A stretch of 64,000 nucleotides of DNA from Minutocellus sp. GHC0000111 (lineage: Eukaryota). This document shows positions 34,774-46,287 of this stretch, piece after piece. Position 1 is the stretch's first letter; each line of letters starts with the position of its first letter. The position numbers and the translations under genes are program-made. The notes beneath the pieces are model-generated. The model was not told the DNA's origin and searched no databases. It saw only the letters and a list, made by a program, of their open reading frames with translations. The stretch is from contig OZ361260.1 of assembly GCA_977018835.1 (NCBI GenBank), positions 62,001-126,000 of the forward strand, given 5' to 3'.

Positions 34774-37251
34774 TTAGCTGCTCTTCTTTTTCATCACTGC
34801 ATACGCCTTGTCCTCATCTCCACCAACGGCCTTCAGAGCCTCGATAAAACGCTTGCACTCCGTCCGAGAACGAAGCTTCTTCTTGGTCTTGGGAGTGTAC
34901 CAGTAGTTATCGATATGGCCCTTGTATTTGCCGGACATACGCTGCATCCCAACCATTCTCCATCCCGGACCAATATCCGGAGCAGGTTGATTATACATCT
35001 CCTTCGGGGGTGATCCTTTGCCGGTGCTACTTTCCGGCGTCGCTGATCGTTTGGCACCTGGCTTCCTGCCAGGGGTAGTGCCAGTGCCACTGCCTCGACG
35101 GCCGCTTCCTCTGCCGCCGCCACGTCCACCGCGTCCGCCGCGTCCACCTCGCCCACCACGACCGCCCCGTCCAGCACCACTGCCTCTTCCAGAACGTACC
35201 CCGCCATTACCTCCATTCTTCTTTCTCTCTAAAACTCCGGCAAGGACAGCATTGTACTCGTCTTGGTCCTCTTCGGCCGCGACAGCGTCTGCAACGTCGT
35301 AGCTCCCATCGGCACCATCGATATCAAACGCGAACGCGACAGACAGTTCTTCGATCATTTCGGCCGGGATGTTCGATTCGTCCACCACAACAGCATCAAC
35401 GATTGGGATTGACTCATCAATGTGCTTGATCACAGGCTCAGTTGCACTCGCCGGCTTTCCATCGCCAGCCTCGGCAGTATCCTTATTGCTACCGCCAGCA
35501 AGCGAACAGATCAAAGGTCGACGAAGCTTGACGATCTCCACCGTGTACACCCTGGCATTGCGTTCCGGCAGGACAACTCACTGTGGACTCGGCTCCGTGG
35601 CCCAAAACAAAAACCGGCCCGCATGCGCTGCTCCGCCCTGGGCACCGGCCTTCACTCTACCAATGACGCGGTTGGCAATGTCATTATCGGACAGGTTAGG
35701 CATCTTGAGGACAAGATCTTGTACGATGTCCAGCAATGACTGAGGCGGGAGGGTCGCATGGGTGATCTGAATATCTACATCTCGGGGCGTTACGACGGCA
35801 CCGGCCTGCCTCGGATCCATCATGGACCCGTTCATGACCGTAATGTGCGCGGCCAGGACGGCTCCATCGAGGGTTGATCTTCTCACGGTGGACGAATCCA
35901 TACTCCAAAAAAGGCTCTGCTCCATGGGGTCGAAAGGAGTTGCTGCACAGACGGGAGCAGTAGCTGTTCCAGTGGCCACAGTTTGTTGTTGCTGTTGCTG
36001 TCGTTGCTGCTGAGGTTGGGTCACTCCACCGATTGTCGAAATACCCGTGACTTGGTGGTGATTAGCAGTAGCAGAGCCCTGAGGCTGCTGTGGTTGTAGC
36101 TGAGGATGCTGCTGGAGCACCTGAACTTGCGGCGGTGGTTGTTGTTGTTGTTGTTGTTGCGGCTGCGGCTGCGGGTTCCGCCATTGTGCCAACGCCGCGA
36201 TGGTATGCGGAGTCGGTGCCGCCAGTCCCTCCGGAACCCAAAGTCCATGCTCGAAATTCCAACTCATACCCTTCCGGGACCGTCCCGAAGGCCGCAGGTA
36301 CATCCCATTCGCCCGCTGGGTTTGGACGGGAGGGACGACGCACCCATCTGGCATCGTCCGAGCCAACAGACCGTGGCCGTGGTACCGAGCCGATTTGTCG
36401 TCCCCCTCCTCGGCCTTCTTCTCGTCGGCGCATCCCACATTAGTAGCAGTGCCACTAGTACCGGGCATCTTGTTCTCTGCCAACGAGGTGGTGGAGTTGG
36501 CACTTCCGGTGCTGGTCCTGGGTTTCTTTGCGGCTGGCTTCTGCTGATGTACATGGTCCACGCTGACTACACTGGCCTGCTGCTGCTGCTGCTGCTGGTG
36601 AAGATGGAGGCGTTGCTGAAGATGGGCCTGCTGCTGGGCCTGGTGCAGCAGCTGCTGCTGTTGCTGTTGCGCATGGGCCAGCTGCGGCGCATCGTCGAGC
36701 GTCCAAAGGACGGTGCTGGGGCGGGCTATGAACTCGGCCAGCCCAAACGGAAGGCCGCCGCCAACGGTGCTGCTGTTGCCGCTGCTGGTATTGTTGTTGA
36801 CGTTCGCCACTTGCTGACCCAACGCACCCGTACCCGCCGCCGCTGCCGCCCTCTGCTGCTGCTGCATCTGCGCCTGGGCCAATGCCGCGGCGGCCGCCAC
36901 CGTCGTGGGCTGGACCTGCTGCTGCTGGGCCTGCTGCTGGGCCAGGAGGAAGGCCACGTTCTCAGGTTCCCTCACGGTCATGTACGTGGAACCCGGCGGC
37001 AGGTCAAAGCCGCCGGGATGCTGCTGCAACGGGGCCAACACGGGAGGGGGTGCCATGGGAGGAGCCGCGGCCATGGCAGGGGCGCCGTGGTTGTACCCGC
37101 CATGGAGCAGACCGGCCTGCTGCTGTTGTTGTTGCTGCTGCTGGAGCAACTGTTGATGCTGCTGCCGCCATCCGCCGCCGGCAATGGTAGTAACATTCAA
37201 TTGGCCACCATCGCCGGCCCCACGAGGACGCTTCTTCTGCTGGTCCGACAT
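34774..37251 (-). CDS. Poly-Q protein with RGG tract and C-terminal methyl-CpG-binding (MBD)-like domain; in-frame TGA at 35578-35580
   Basis: GPGWRMVGMQRMSGKYKGHIDNYWYTPKTKKKLRSRTECKRF fits the MBD pattern. The two listed ORFs share a frame (SPQ*VVLPERNARVYTV). Confidence 0.75.
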
Positions 37252-37670
37252 TTATTTGACTCGGGTGGTGCAGTGAGTTGCCGGCAAGGCAGACCCAATC
37301 TTCACCCAAAAGTCGACCCTCGCTCACTCTCCACTCTCCTCGATGGATGTTTTTTGCGTGTGTCTCCAGAAACGACAAAATAAATCAAATCGACGAGCAA
37401 ATTTCCCAACCCAAGAGGCTCAATCCCCTTCGCGGCAATATGGATGCCAGGCAGGTCGCGACGAGTAGCCAGATGCAATGCTGCTGAAGGAGGTCGGGTG
37501 CGAGTAGTAGACCCACGCCGCGCCGGAGGATAACGCCGCGCTTGCGAAAATGAGCCGGCCGAACAACGCTGCGAGCCTGCCGGCCATCCAAACATCCGTA
37601 CGTACGTACGCTCAAGCGCTCGTCCACCCGTGCCACCCGTCCATGCATTCTCCATGATCATCCTTGAACC

Positions 37671-38765
37671 ATGATCGACGTTTCATGGGGCGAAACGTTC
37701 GTATTGTTTGGTCTCGGCGTTACCTTAATCGGTCGCAAGGACCTGCCGAGTGAGTAATGGGTGTTTTTTCCCTCTTCGTGTCGCCGTCGGCTCATATTAA
37801 TATCAATATCAATATCATCGCGTGTGCAAATCGTCTGCATGTTTTGGCACCACTTGTCCTCTGACTTCCTAACTCAAAATGCTCTCGTTGCACGCGCCTG
37901 CATTTATGATTCGTATGGCACAGCTGCGTCTCGGATGCTGGGGCGCCAGGTGGGCCGCATCGTGGGCGTTCTGCAGGGGGCTCGGGCCCGGGCCGACCGA
38001 TTCACGGCCGACAATGAATTGCGTCAGCTGCAGAACGAACTTCGGTCGTCGTTGCGAGAGCTCGACACGGTACGGGGCGAGCTTGCCGTGGCGGCCACCG
38101 GAAGCGGGCTGATGGGAAGGGGCTTGGGGAGCATGGTCCCCGGGGCAAATCGAACTGGTACTGGTACTGGTGCTGGTGCTCCTACTACCAGTACCAGCAC
38201 CAGCACCAGCAGTAGCAGTACGAGCAGCCCAAGTACTGTCCCCAACAGCAACATCATATCTGGAAGTGCAGTGTCATCGGTTGCACCGACGGGACATGAC
38301 TACTTGGCCGCAGCACGGTCGGCGGAAGCCAGTGCTTCAACTTCCACTGCAGGTTTGGGTGGGGCCGATCCTGTTGCAGGTGGGAATCCATTGGGCCTTG
38401 CACCTCGGTCACAAAGCGTGGCCGCTGTGGCGGAAGAAGAATGGGTCAAGCAAGGCATTGGGTTTACGTCGCGAGCTGAACGAGGGACAGGAGCGTGGGA
38501 AGGCATGATGGGCAGCGGCGGTGGTGGCGCTGGAGGAGGAGGAAACAACGCATCAGGACAAGCTACTGCTGGGGGAGCTGTTTTACTTGCTGACGTTATC
38601 CAGCAAAGCCTTATTTACGACCAACACGACAGAGCTGTAAAAGAGCAAGAAGAGGCGCTGGCCCAAAGAGCAGAGAGGATACGACGGGAGAAGCTACAGC
38701 AGCAAGAGAATAAACACGATGGCGACGCAGAAAGTTGTAGCAAAGATGCAAATACATGTAGATGA
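37671..38765 (+). CDS. tatB: TatB-like subunit, probably mitochondrial; intron 37750-37923
   Basis: Spliced N-terminus MIDVSWGETFVLFGLGVTLIGRKDLPTASRMLGRQVGRIVGVLQGAR has the TatB layout: Glu in the TM helix, G.KDLP hinge, amphipathic helix. Confidence 0.8.
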
Positions 38766-39113
38766 TGGCATCTTTACTAAATGAGTGCTTGCGCTGCATA
38801 CCGGTAATCAATCTGGCGTCGTCTCATCTTCACAATGAGGTAGATCTATCGCTGGCACTATGATTCACCAGTAGAGGGAGTGTCTCGTCAGACTAAGCCC
38901 TTGCTAATGCAAATACGGCTACCTATGAATTTCTTTTATTTAGATAGATTTGATACATTTGACACCAAAAGAGGTTCACTTGGCGTTGCCATCATCAGAA
39001 TCTCGCTCGCCCGAACAGACAGACAGACAGACAGAGCGACCATGAGGCGATGAGTGAGTCAGAGATTTCATTTCCCTCTCATCTCGCCCATTTCCCAGTC
39101 GTTGTAGGCAACA

Positions 39114-39818
39114 ATGATGCTCCTACCGCTCCTTGCTGCGGCAAGCTGCCTCGTCAACGTGGCATCGGCCTTCAGTGCCATCGCTCCTGCCGCTCCCACA
39201 AAGACGGCCTCCATCCTCGATGGTCTGCGCAGCACTCCCCTCATCCGTGCCTCGGACTCTCAACCCATCGCACTGCCCACCCAGTGGCGATCGTCCACCC
39301 CCTTCGGCATTGCCGATGAAGTGGCCGTCGTAGCCTTCCTCCGCCACTTTGGATGATTCCTGTGCTGGGAACATGCCGAGCAATTAAAGTCTCGGGTACT
39401 CCCAGCTACGCCAGGCGTTTCCAAGGTATTCTTCATCGGCGTGGGTACCGCCGAAGCTGCCGCCGAGTTTGCTCAGCAGCTCGACATCGATCCCGCCCTG
39501 TGCTTCGGTGACGAGGGCGGCGTCGCCGGCGATGCCCTAAGCCTCAAGAAGGGAGTCGGAACCATGTGGAATCCCCCCGCCGTCAGTGCAATGATGGAGC
39601 GGAACGATCAGGAATCCCTCACGGCGTTGGGGGAGGCCTACAAGAACGCCGCCGACAATATTGGCATACAGAATTTGGCCCCCAGAGACATGAAGGATAC
39701 GCTGCGGCAGGGTGGGACGTTTGTATTCAAGGGCGACGAGCTGCTTTTGGAGCATTACGACGACAAGGTGGGAGACAATGCTAACATTGAGGATGTTCTG
39801 GCCTGCATTGGGCGATAG
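39114..39818 (+). CDS. Plastid-targeted thioredoxin-fold selenoprotein (AhpC-TSA_2/PRXL2/SelU-like); Sec codon 39354-39356
   Basis: VAFLRHFG-TGA-FLCWEHA gives a UxxC motif. The frame continues to QGGTFVF...HYD, 234 aa in total. Presequence ...ASAFSAIAP. Confidence 0.85.
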
Positions 39819-39930
39819 CACATGTAGCATGATTGGTTCATGATACATGATGGTACATGCAGATGGAATACACCACGTACAATGCAAAGCTGGGCAAGGA
39901 TATATTGCATTCGGATGGACTTTCAGAAAT

Positions 39931-39987
39931 CTTTTGAATGACGCATCTATTGGAAGAAAGCTGATGCGAAGCAAGATGTGAAAAAAC
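39931..39987 (+). promoter_or_regulatory. Candidate SECIS element
   Basis: ATGA 39938-39941, gcatct/agatgt stem, apical AA-rich loop with gct/agc mini-stem, TGA 39979-39981. The register is imperfect by eye. Confidence 0.3.
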
Positions 39988-40515
39988 ATTGTTTTTTTTC
40001 TTCTTCTTTACGCCAGCATGTGCTTTCTTTTCCATCGAAGCCGAAGAAAAAGGATACTGAAGAAACCTTTCAATTATTGGAAATCCTGCACATTAGTTTT
40101 GGCGTTGAATAGATCTAAAGTTGATTTGTGTGTGTTACCGGTACCGGTAAGATCGATCTTGCATTTCTTCATCATTCTTGACTTGACAAAAAGAAATCGC
40201 AGTGCATTTTGTATCTGCAGAGTTATTGAAAACGAGTGTAATACCAGAAAATACAAGAAAAAACCCATGATTGACCGACAAGTTCAGCAGACCTACTACG
40301 TCGTGAGAATTCTTTCCCGAAGATTTCATCAGCGCAATCGTCATTGCATTTTGTTCTATTTGGTTGAAGCATAATATCTTTTGGATTCATTCACCGACCC
40401 ATCGAACGCCAAGAAGATTCATCCCACAAAGCAATTCTATTGATTAGTGAAGACATCCTCTTGTGTTGATTTCACTTTTCCAATTCATCAATCACTCCCG
40501 CTTGCCCCCCCAACC

Positions 40516-42242
40516 ATGTCAAGTGTAGCCGAAGAAAAGAAGGACGACGCCGTCACCCCCACGTCTGGTGACATCATTACCATCGACAACTACATCAACG
40601 GAACGTTCGTTTCGCCGACGACTGGATCTTACATGCCGGTCCTATCCCCATCGACGTCCGGTACCGTCGGTTCCGTCGCCGTTTCCGCCAAGGCCGACGT
40701 CGATGCCGCCGTATCCGCCGCTTCGGCCGCCTTCCCCGCCTGGTCATCCCTGACCATGAAATCCCGCGCGGCCATCATGCTCAAGTTCCACGCCCTCATC
40801 CGCCAGCACGCGCAGGAGCTGGCCGAGCTCATTGTGCTGGAGAACGGCAAGAACCTCACGGAGGCCCTGGCCGACGTCGCCAAGGGCAACGAGACCGTCG
40901 AGTATGCCTGCAGTCTGCCGCAATTGGCCCAGGGCAAAACGCTCAAGGTTTCCAGTGCCGTCTCTTGCTGCGATCGGCGCGATCCGCTTGGCGTCGTGGC
41001 AAGTATCGTTCCCTTCAACTTCCCGCTGATGGTGCCCATGTGGACCGTTCCCATTGCCCTCTTGACGGGCAACTGCGTCGTGCTCAAACCATCTGAGAAG
41101 GTCCCTCTCACAATGCGCCGTGTTGCCGAATTATTCAAGGAGGCTGGATTTCCCGATGGAGTATTCAACATGGTTCAGGGTACCCGAGAGGCCGTGGAGA
41201 GCCTGATTGACCACAAGGACGTCAAGTGAGTATGTTTGATGTTATGGGCTTTGCTCGATTAGATTCATGTCCGACCCATCTTTACAAAATTGATTTCATG
41301 GAATTGCTCAACGCATTCCGTTCTTCTTTGTTCTTGCTTTTGTCATTCAGGGCCGTGACGTTTGTCGGAAGCTCTCCGGTGGCCAACATTGTTGCCGATC
41401 GATGCCATAATTTGAACAAGCGTGTCACAGCTCTTGGTGGTGCTAAGAACCATTTGATTGCCCTGCCAGATTGTGAGATCGATGGTGCCTCTTCGGACAT
41501 TGTTGTGTCCTATGCCGGATGCGCCGGTCAGCGTTGTATGGCGGCGTCGGTTTTGCTCCTTGCCGGAGAAGGCCCGAAGCAAGACGAGTTGCTCAAGAAG
41601 GTGTTGGAGAAGGCCGCCAAGATTGATCCAGGTACTGGACCAGGACAGATGGGACCTGTAATTGATGCTGCCAGCCACAAGAAGATTCTGGGCTACATCG
41701 AGGCTGCCGAGAATGGTGGAGCAGAAATTTTGCTCGATGGGCGCAAGTGGCTGGATATGCCCATGGCCAAGGAGGGTGGGTGCTGGATCGGACCTACCGT
41801 CATTAAGCACAGCTCGCCCGATGATGCCACGATGAAGGAGGAAGTATTCGGACCAGTTCTGTCTGTGTACACCGTTTCGTCTTGGACGGAAGCAATCGAA
41901 ATTGAAAATGCCAACCCATTTGGCAATGCTGCATGTGTCTATACAACAAATAGTGGCTATGCGGATTGGTTCATCGGCCGATTCCGCGCCGCTATGCTTG
42001 GCATCAACATTGGCATTCCAGTCCCTCGAGAGCCGTTCAGTTTCGGTGGCCTTTATGGAACTCGGAGCAAGTATGGTGACATGGATATCACCGGAGATGG
42101 AGCCATGGAATTCTTTACGAATAGAATCAAGGTTACCAGCAAGTGGCCTGTCCCTGATCTCAAGGAGCTTGTCGGTGGTATCGCCACTGCCGATGCTCCC
42201 GCTGCGCCTGTTGATCAGGCCAACTTTGCGGGTAGAATGTAA
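40516..42242 (+). CDS. ALDH6A1: Methylmalonate-semialdehyde dehydrogenase (ALDH6); intron 41226-41350
   Basis: PFNFPLMVPMW, LKPSEKVP, FVGSS, GAKNH, GCAGQRCMA, EEVFGPV, GINIGIPVP. Confidence 0.95.
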
Positions 42243-42465
42243 GGAGAAGCACCGGTAGGCGGAGAGCAGAGCACACAATGGGAAAGGTAGAGAGGAAGAA
42301 GGTGCATGCACATATATACTGGCTAATAGGAATGGATCGATCCAAAAGGAGACCAAGCAATAGAAGAATAAGCATGGCTGAACATAGAGCTACAATTGCA
42401 TAAGATCTAGACTAAGCAAAATCTTCGATTGAAAAAATCCCTATTACGTCGTAGTTGGATGAAGT

Positions 42466-43731
42466 TTAAGAAGTTGCACCAGCCAGATACTGAAAAGCTG
42501 AGAAGTAGACATTTGAATGTGCTTCCAATATTGGCTCCCAATCCTTCTTGGGATAGCCGCCGCCCATTGTAATGACGAGGGAAATTTTTCTTTCGTCCGC
42601 CCAATTATATATCATTTCATTTCTTTTCAGCACACCTTCTTGTGAGAGTGACATTCTCCCCAGCCTGTCGTCGGCGATAACATCCACACCCGCCTGATAA
42701 AATACAAGATCATATTCACCACCTTCCGCATTGATCCTCTTGAGCCAATAGCTCAAAGTTGATAAATATGTTTGATCTGTACAGTGCTCCGGCAGTTCGA
42801 TGTCTAAGTCAGAAGATTGTTTTGCACTAAAGAAGTTCTTTTTGCAGTGCATAGAAAATGTAATCACATCATCCCTACCTTGGAAGAGCACAGCATTGCC
42901 ATTTCCTTGATGGACGTCCAAGTCAATAATCAATATTCTCTGTACAATTTCTGGATATCTTTCCAAAACGACATTGGCAGCGACTGCTATGTCCGAGAAA
43001 ACGCAGAAACCCTCTCCTCGATCTTTAAAGGCATGATGAGTCCCTCCAGCAACATGCGCCGACCAAGTCGGGGCAAAGTTGTCGTCTGTATTTTCATCAC
43101 CATGTTGCCGCCGCCGCTCCTGTAGAACGTCACATACTGCACACGCTGCTGCTACAGTGCCCCCAACAGAACTCAGAGCTCGATTCACACCACTTGGACT
43201 CCACGGGAACCCAACATTACGTAGCTCCACATCGGTCTGGTTGCCCACCATGAAGTTCTTGACATAATCTGGACTGTGTGTTGTTGTTAGTTCTTCAAAG
43301 GTCGCGAGGGGTGAAACCTGAAAGTCACATTGCACCTTTTCTTGGTCCTGTGGTGGGAGGGCAGCAATCATCTCTTGTACTCGACGACGCACCTTACCAT
43401 ATTTTTGCATGGGAAAGCGATGGCCTTTCGGTAATATCACTTCATAGACATCATTGTAAAATATACGAAAGAAGGGTTTGTTGTGATCAATGGCAGAAGA
43501 TGACGACCGTTCAATTGATGTCGGGGATGATGCTGGCTCACTTGTGTCGGACGCCGAGGTGGACATGAATGCACAATGGCCAGGAAGCGAACGACATCTG
43601 ATCGGCCTGGAACAGCCAACGGTAAAGGCACTTGTTGTTGCCCGTCTCATCGTTAGGGGCAGGACCATGACGAAGAAAACTCGCGCTGCTCGGGTACTGT
43701 GGTGAAATGCTTTAGGGGCTTTGGCAGACAT
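42466..43731 (-). CDS. Zn-dependent deacetylase (HDAC11/AcuC-like), possibly organelle-targeted
   Basis: HRFPMQKY, GGTHHA, GFCVFSD, DLDVHQGNG, QAGVD, MGGGY. Confidence 0.93.
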   Translation of the reverse strand: MSAKAPKAFHHSTRAARVFFVMVLPLTMRRATTSAFTVGCSRPIRCRSLPGHCAFMSTSASDTSEPASSPTSIERSSSSAIDHNKPFFRIFYNDVYEVILPKGHRFPMQKYGKVRRRVQEMIAALPPQDQEKVQCDFQVSPLATFEELTTTHSPDYVKNFMVGNQTDVELRNVGFPWSPSGVNRALSSVGGTVAAACAVCDVLQERRRQHGDENTDDNFAPTWSAHVAGGTHHAFKDRGEGFCVFSDIAVAANVVLERYPEIVQRILIIDLDVHQGNGNAVLFQGRDDVITFSMHCKKNFFSAKQSSDLDIELPEHCTDQTYLSTLSYWLKRINAEGGEYDLVFYQAGVDVIADDRLGRMSLSQEGVLKRNEMIYNWADERKISLVITMGGGYPKKDWEPILEAHSNVYFSAFQYLAGATS

Positions 43732-43849
43732 CGGTTCTCGTCCTCGTCCCTCGCCTCGTCATGTCATTGTATCGTCATGCTGACTCTGAGCTTTGCATCC
43801 CTTGCGCTCGCCTGACATCAGAGGTCGATCGACGGCCAGACCAAATTTT

Positions 43850-44705
43850 CAAGAAAAAGGGGCCTTTAGTGCCTACTTGTTCGATGATCTCAACGTGGCA
43901 AAGGAGACCATTGATAAATTACTTGCTCGCAAAACAAAGCGTATGGATGGGACGCAGATATTGAATATCTTTTTCGCTTTTGTCGATGGGATCGTTAGCT
44001 TTGCTTTGATTCGCAGCAATAAAGGAAAGGCTGGTAAATACCGTTCGCTGGCCAAGGCGTCCATCAAAGAGCTAGGTAGGGCGGCATGCTAAAAAAAGCG
44101 TTCTTTGAATGTTGCTGGCTTGCTCACGTTGCTCCTGGCCGAAAAGGCCTCCCTTTCGGAAAAGAATCCCGAGGTTCTACGAAAGAAGTACGGCGAAGTG
44201 AGTACTATTGTCTTCGATTACTGGCCTGCAATTATGTAGATCACTTGACTTCTATTTTTCCTTGATTTCTTATGCTATTTTTTTGTTCGCTCGTTTTTTA
44301 ACAGGCTATTCGACAGCTGACGCAGGGTGGCTTCGTCCACTTTTCAGCCATCGCGAATGAGCTTGCGGCCAAGAGGATGATAGAAGCCAATGATGACTAT
44401 TGGTAAGACTTGTGAATCATCACACATGCATCACACCGGTATTATACTCTATGCACTTTATTGCATATGTTTTAATCATATGAAATTTTGCCAGCTCAGC
44501 TCTTCTGTTTTCTTCTTTTCATTCTTCGCGCCCAAAGGGCTGAGTTTCATCTTATTCCTGCCGCAGAGAAATACGTGGCGTGGGGGGCTGTTGCGAAAGC
44601 CCGAGACATGAAAAAACACTGTCCCATCGTTGCCGAGAAGGGTCCAAATGCTGAAAAGGCTCAAGTGGCTGTCGACTCCAGTCATCGCGGAAGTTCTCAA
44701 TTTGA
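43850..44705 (+). pseudogene. 5'-less, frameshifted C-terminal TPR-like fragment of a diatom AAA-ATPase/kinase-type gene; introns 44198-44304 and 44403-44537
   Basis: LLTLLLAEKASL...KYGE|AIRQLTQGGFVHFSAIANELAA...YW|AEFHL..AAEKYVAWGAVAKA carries the Y..WGA.AK signature. There is no room for the 5' exons next to the HDAC start. Confidence 0.65.
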
Positions 44706-44709
44706 CTCA

Positions 44710-45020
44710 GGCTACCGCGGCGGTGGCCAGCAGAACGGCGCCGGCCACTTCCCAGGCCAAGGTCCTAACCTCAACCGCCAGGAGAAGCGGGAACTGCAGT
44801 CGATCCTCCCCAGAGGCCATTATTGCCACACATGCGGCTATTCGTCCAACCACCCCAGCTTTGAATGCACTTGCAAAGAGCCCAACCACGTTGATGACGC
44901 CACCAAGCACAATCCTTGCGGTGGTGGCTCGCGTCGTAACTGAGCGGGAGGGACGGTGGATATTAATCAGTGTGAAATAGAGGACAGCATGCCTGAATCC
45001 ACCTCCTCCCCGCCTTCGTT
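44710..45020 (+). mobile_element. Fragment of a CoDi-type Ty1/copia LTR retrotransposon (end of gag)
   Basis: YCHTCGYSSNHPSFECTCKEPNHVDDATKHNPCGGGSRRN* followed by G-rich tgagcgggagggacgg, resembling diatom copia gag ends (YC..cG...H.S..C..K..gH...AT..N..GGS). Boundaries approximate. Confidence 0.7.
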
Positions 45021-45028
45021 AGCTTTTC

Positions 45029-45815
45029 TTACGTCAAAAAGCAAACCTCCAACTCAAGAGCCAATCGTCCTCGCATGCTGGCCACCGCGGCGATGTTGGT
45101 GGTGTCCGATGCATGGGTGGCAAAGTTGGTGGCGCCACCCTGCTGCGCAGGAGCAGAATGGATGCTGAATCCGCTTAGTGAAAGCAGCGATGATTGGCGT
45201 CGAATCTGTGTGTGGGCTGGAGTGGATGGAACACCAACAAACTCTTTGGCATCTGTCATTTCGTTCTCGAGGGGGACAAGGCCTGAAGCTGCATTTGAGG
45301 TGATCGACATGGTCTTGTTAAAAAAGTGACCAAGTAGACCGCCACCGCCGGCAGCGGCTGTGGCACTAGCACTGGAAATTGATGATCTCGGCGCTCGCCG
45401 TCTGGGCGACTTCGATGATATCTCCATCTCCTCTCGCTTGTAGCACTTGGACTGGATGAGGAACTCGCAAAGTAGCTCGTGAGTCACTACGTTCGTCAAG
45501 TGTCCGCATCCATCCAACTTGGCCTTGAATTCTCGCCACAGCTCATCGTCGCCGACGACATGCTGTGCACTATCGCGAAAATCGTAACTCATGGACCGAA
45601 GCTTCCTTGGCCTCCTGGCTGAGTGCTCTTCGTTTTCCACGGCTCTCAATGTCCTTGGCCGAAATTGGCATATTTGGAAGCGATGAAAGAGACATAACGC
45701 TCGATCGGCGACGAACTCCAGGAGCAGCAGAGCCCGACGGCGCCTGTTGGGATTGAGGCTGCCGCCACCGCGAATCAGATACTAGGACTTCTTCGGCCGT
45801 CAGGTTCATCATCAT
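45029..45815 (-). CDS. Hypothetical protein, apparently frameshifted near 45650
   Basis: Two overlapping protein-like ORFs (RRRSSVMSL...; DDELWREFKAKL...) in different frames. Confidence 0.45.
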
Positions 45816-46287
45816 TTGCCAGGTATGGATGTGGCTGCGTGGTGCGTGGTCCGCATTGACGGTAGCGTCGACTTCGCCGGGGAACGGTGAGGTTTATTCC
45901 CGGACAAATCATACACGCCTTTTCTGTGACTGACAAAAACGTACAATAGCCCCTCTCACAACAGCCCCCCAAAAGACACAAAATGTCTACTGGCACTGAC
46001 TCAGATCAGGCTGCTGCTGCTGCGCCGCACGACACCCTCCTCCTACGTGAAGCCTACTAGACTAGCTAGCTACGAGTAGTAAGCCTTATCAGTACTGCGT
46101 GTAATATTACTGGCTACGCTGTGCTAGCTTGTAGATCAATATATCTATGTATTATTGGAGGGGGTGTCGGCTCTCTCGTGAAATCACTCTATGCATTCTA
46201 CTTCATTACATGCTCACAACAGATCGAATGCAAAGGTGGTGAGATCTCAAGTCAACTAGATCTCAAACTAGATATATAGAACTAAAT

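Noticed and set aside
35578..35580. Second selenocysteine codon
   Set aside because: No redox motif or Cys-type context; more simply a nonsense change or an error.
36106..37383. 425-aa poly-Leu plus-strand ORF
   Set aside because: Antisense reading of the CAG poly-Q tracts.
40020..40440. AT-rich stretch with a 16-bp palindrome (40135-40150) and short ORFs
   Set aside because: No recognisable family or termini; treated as intergenic.
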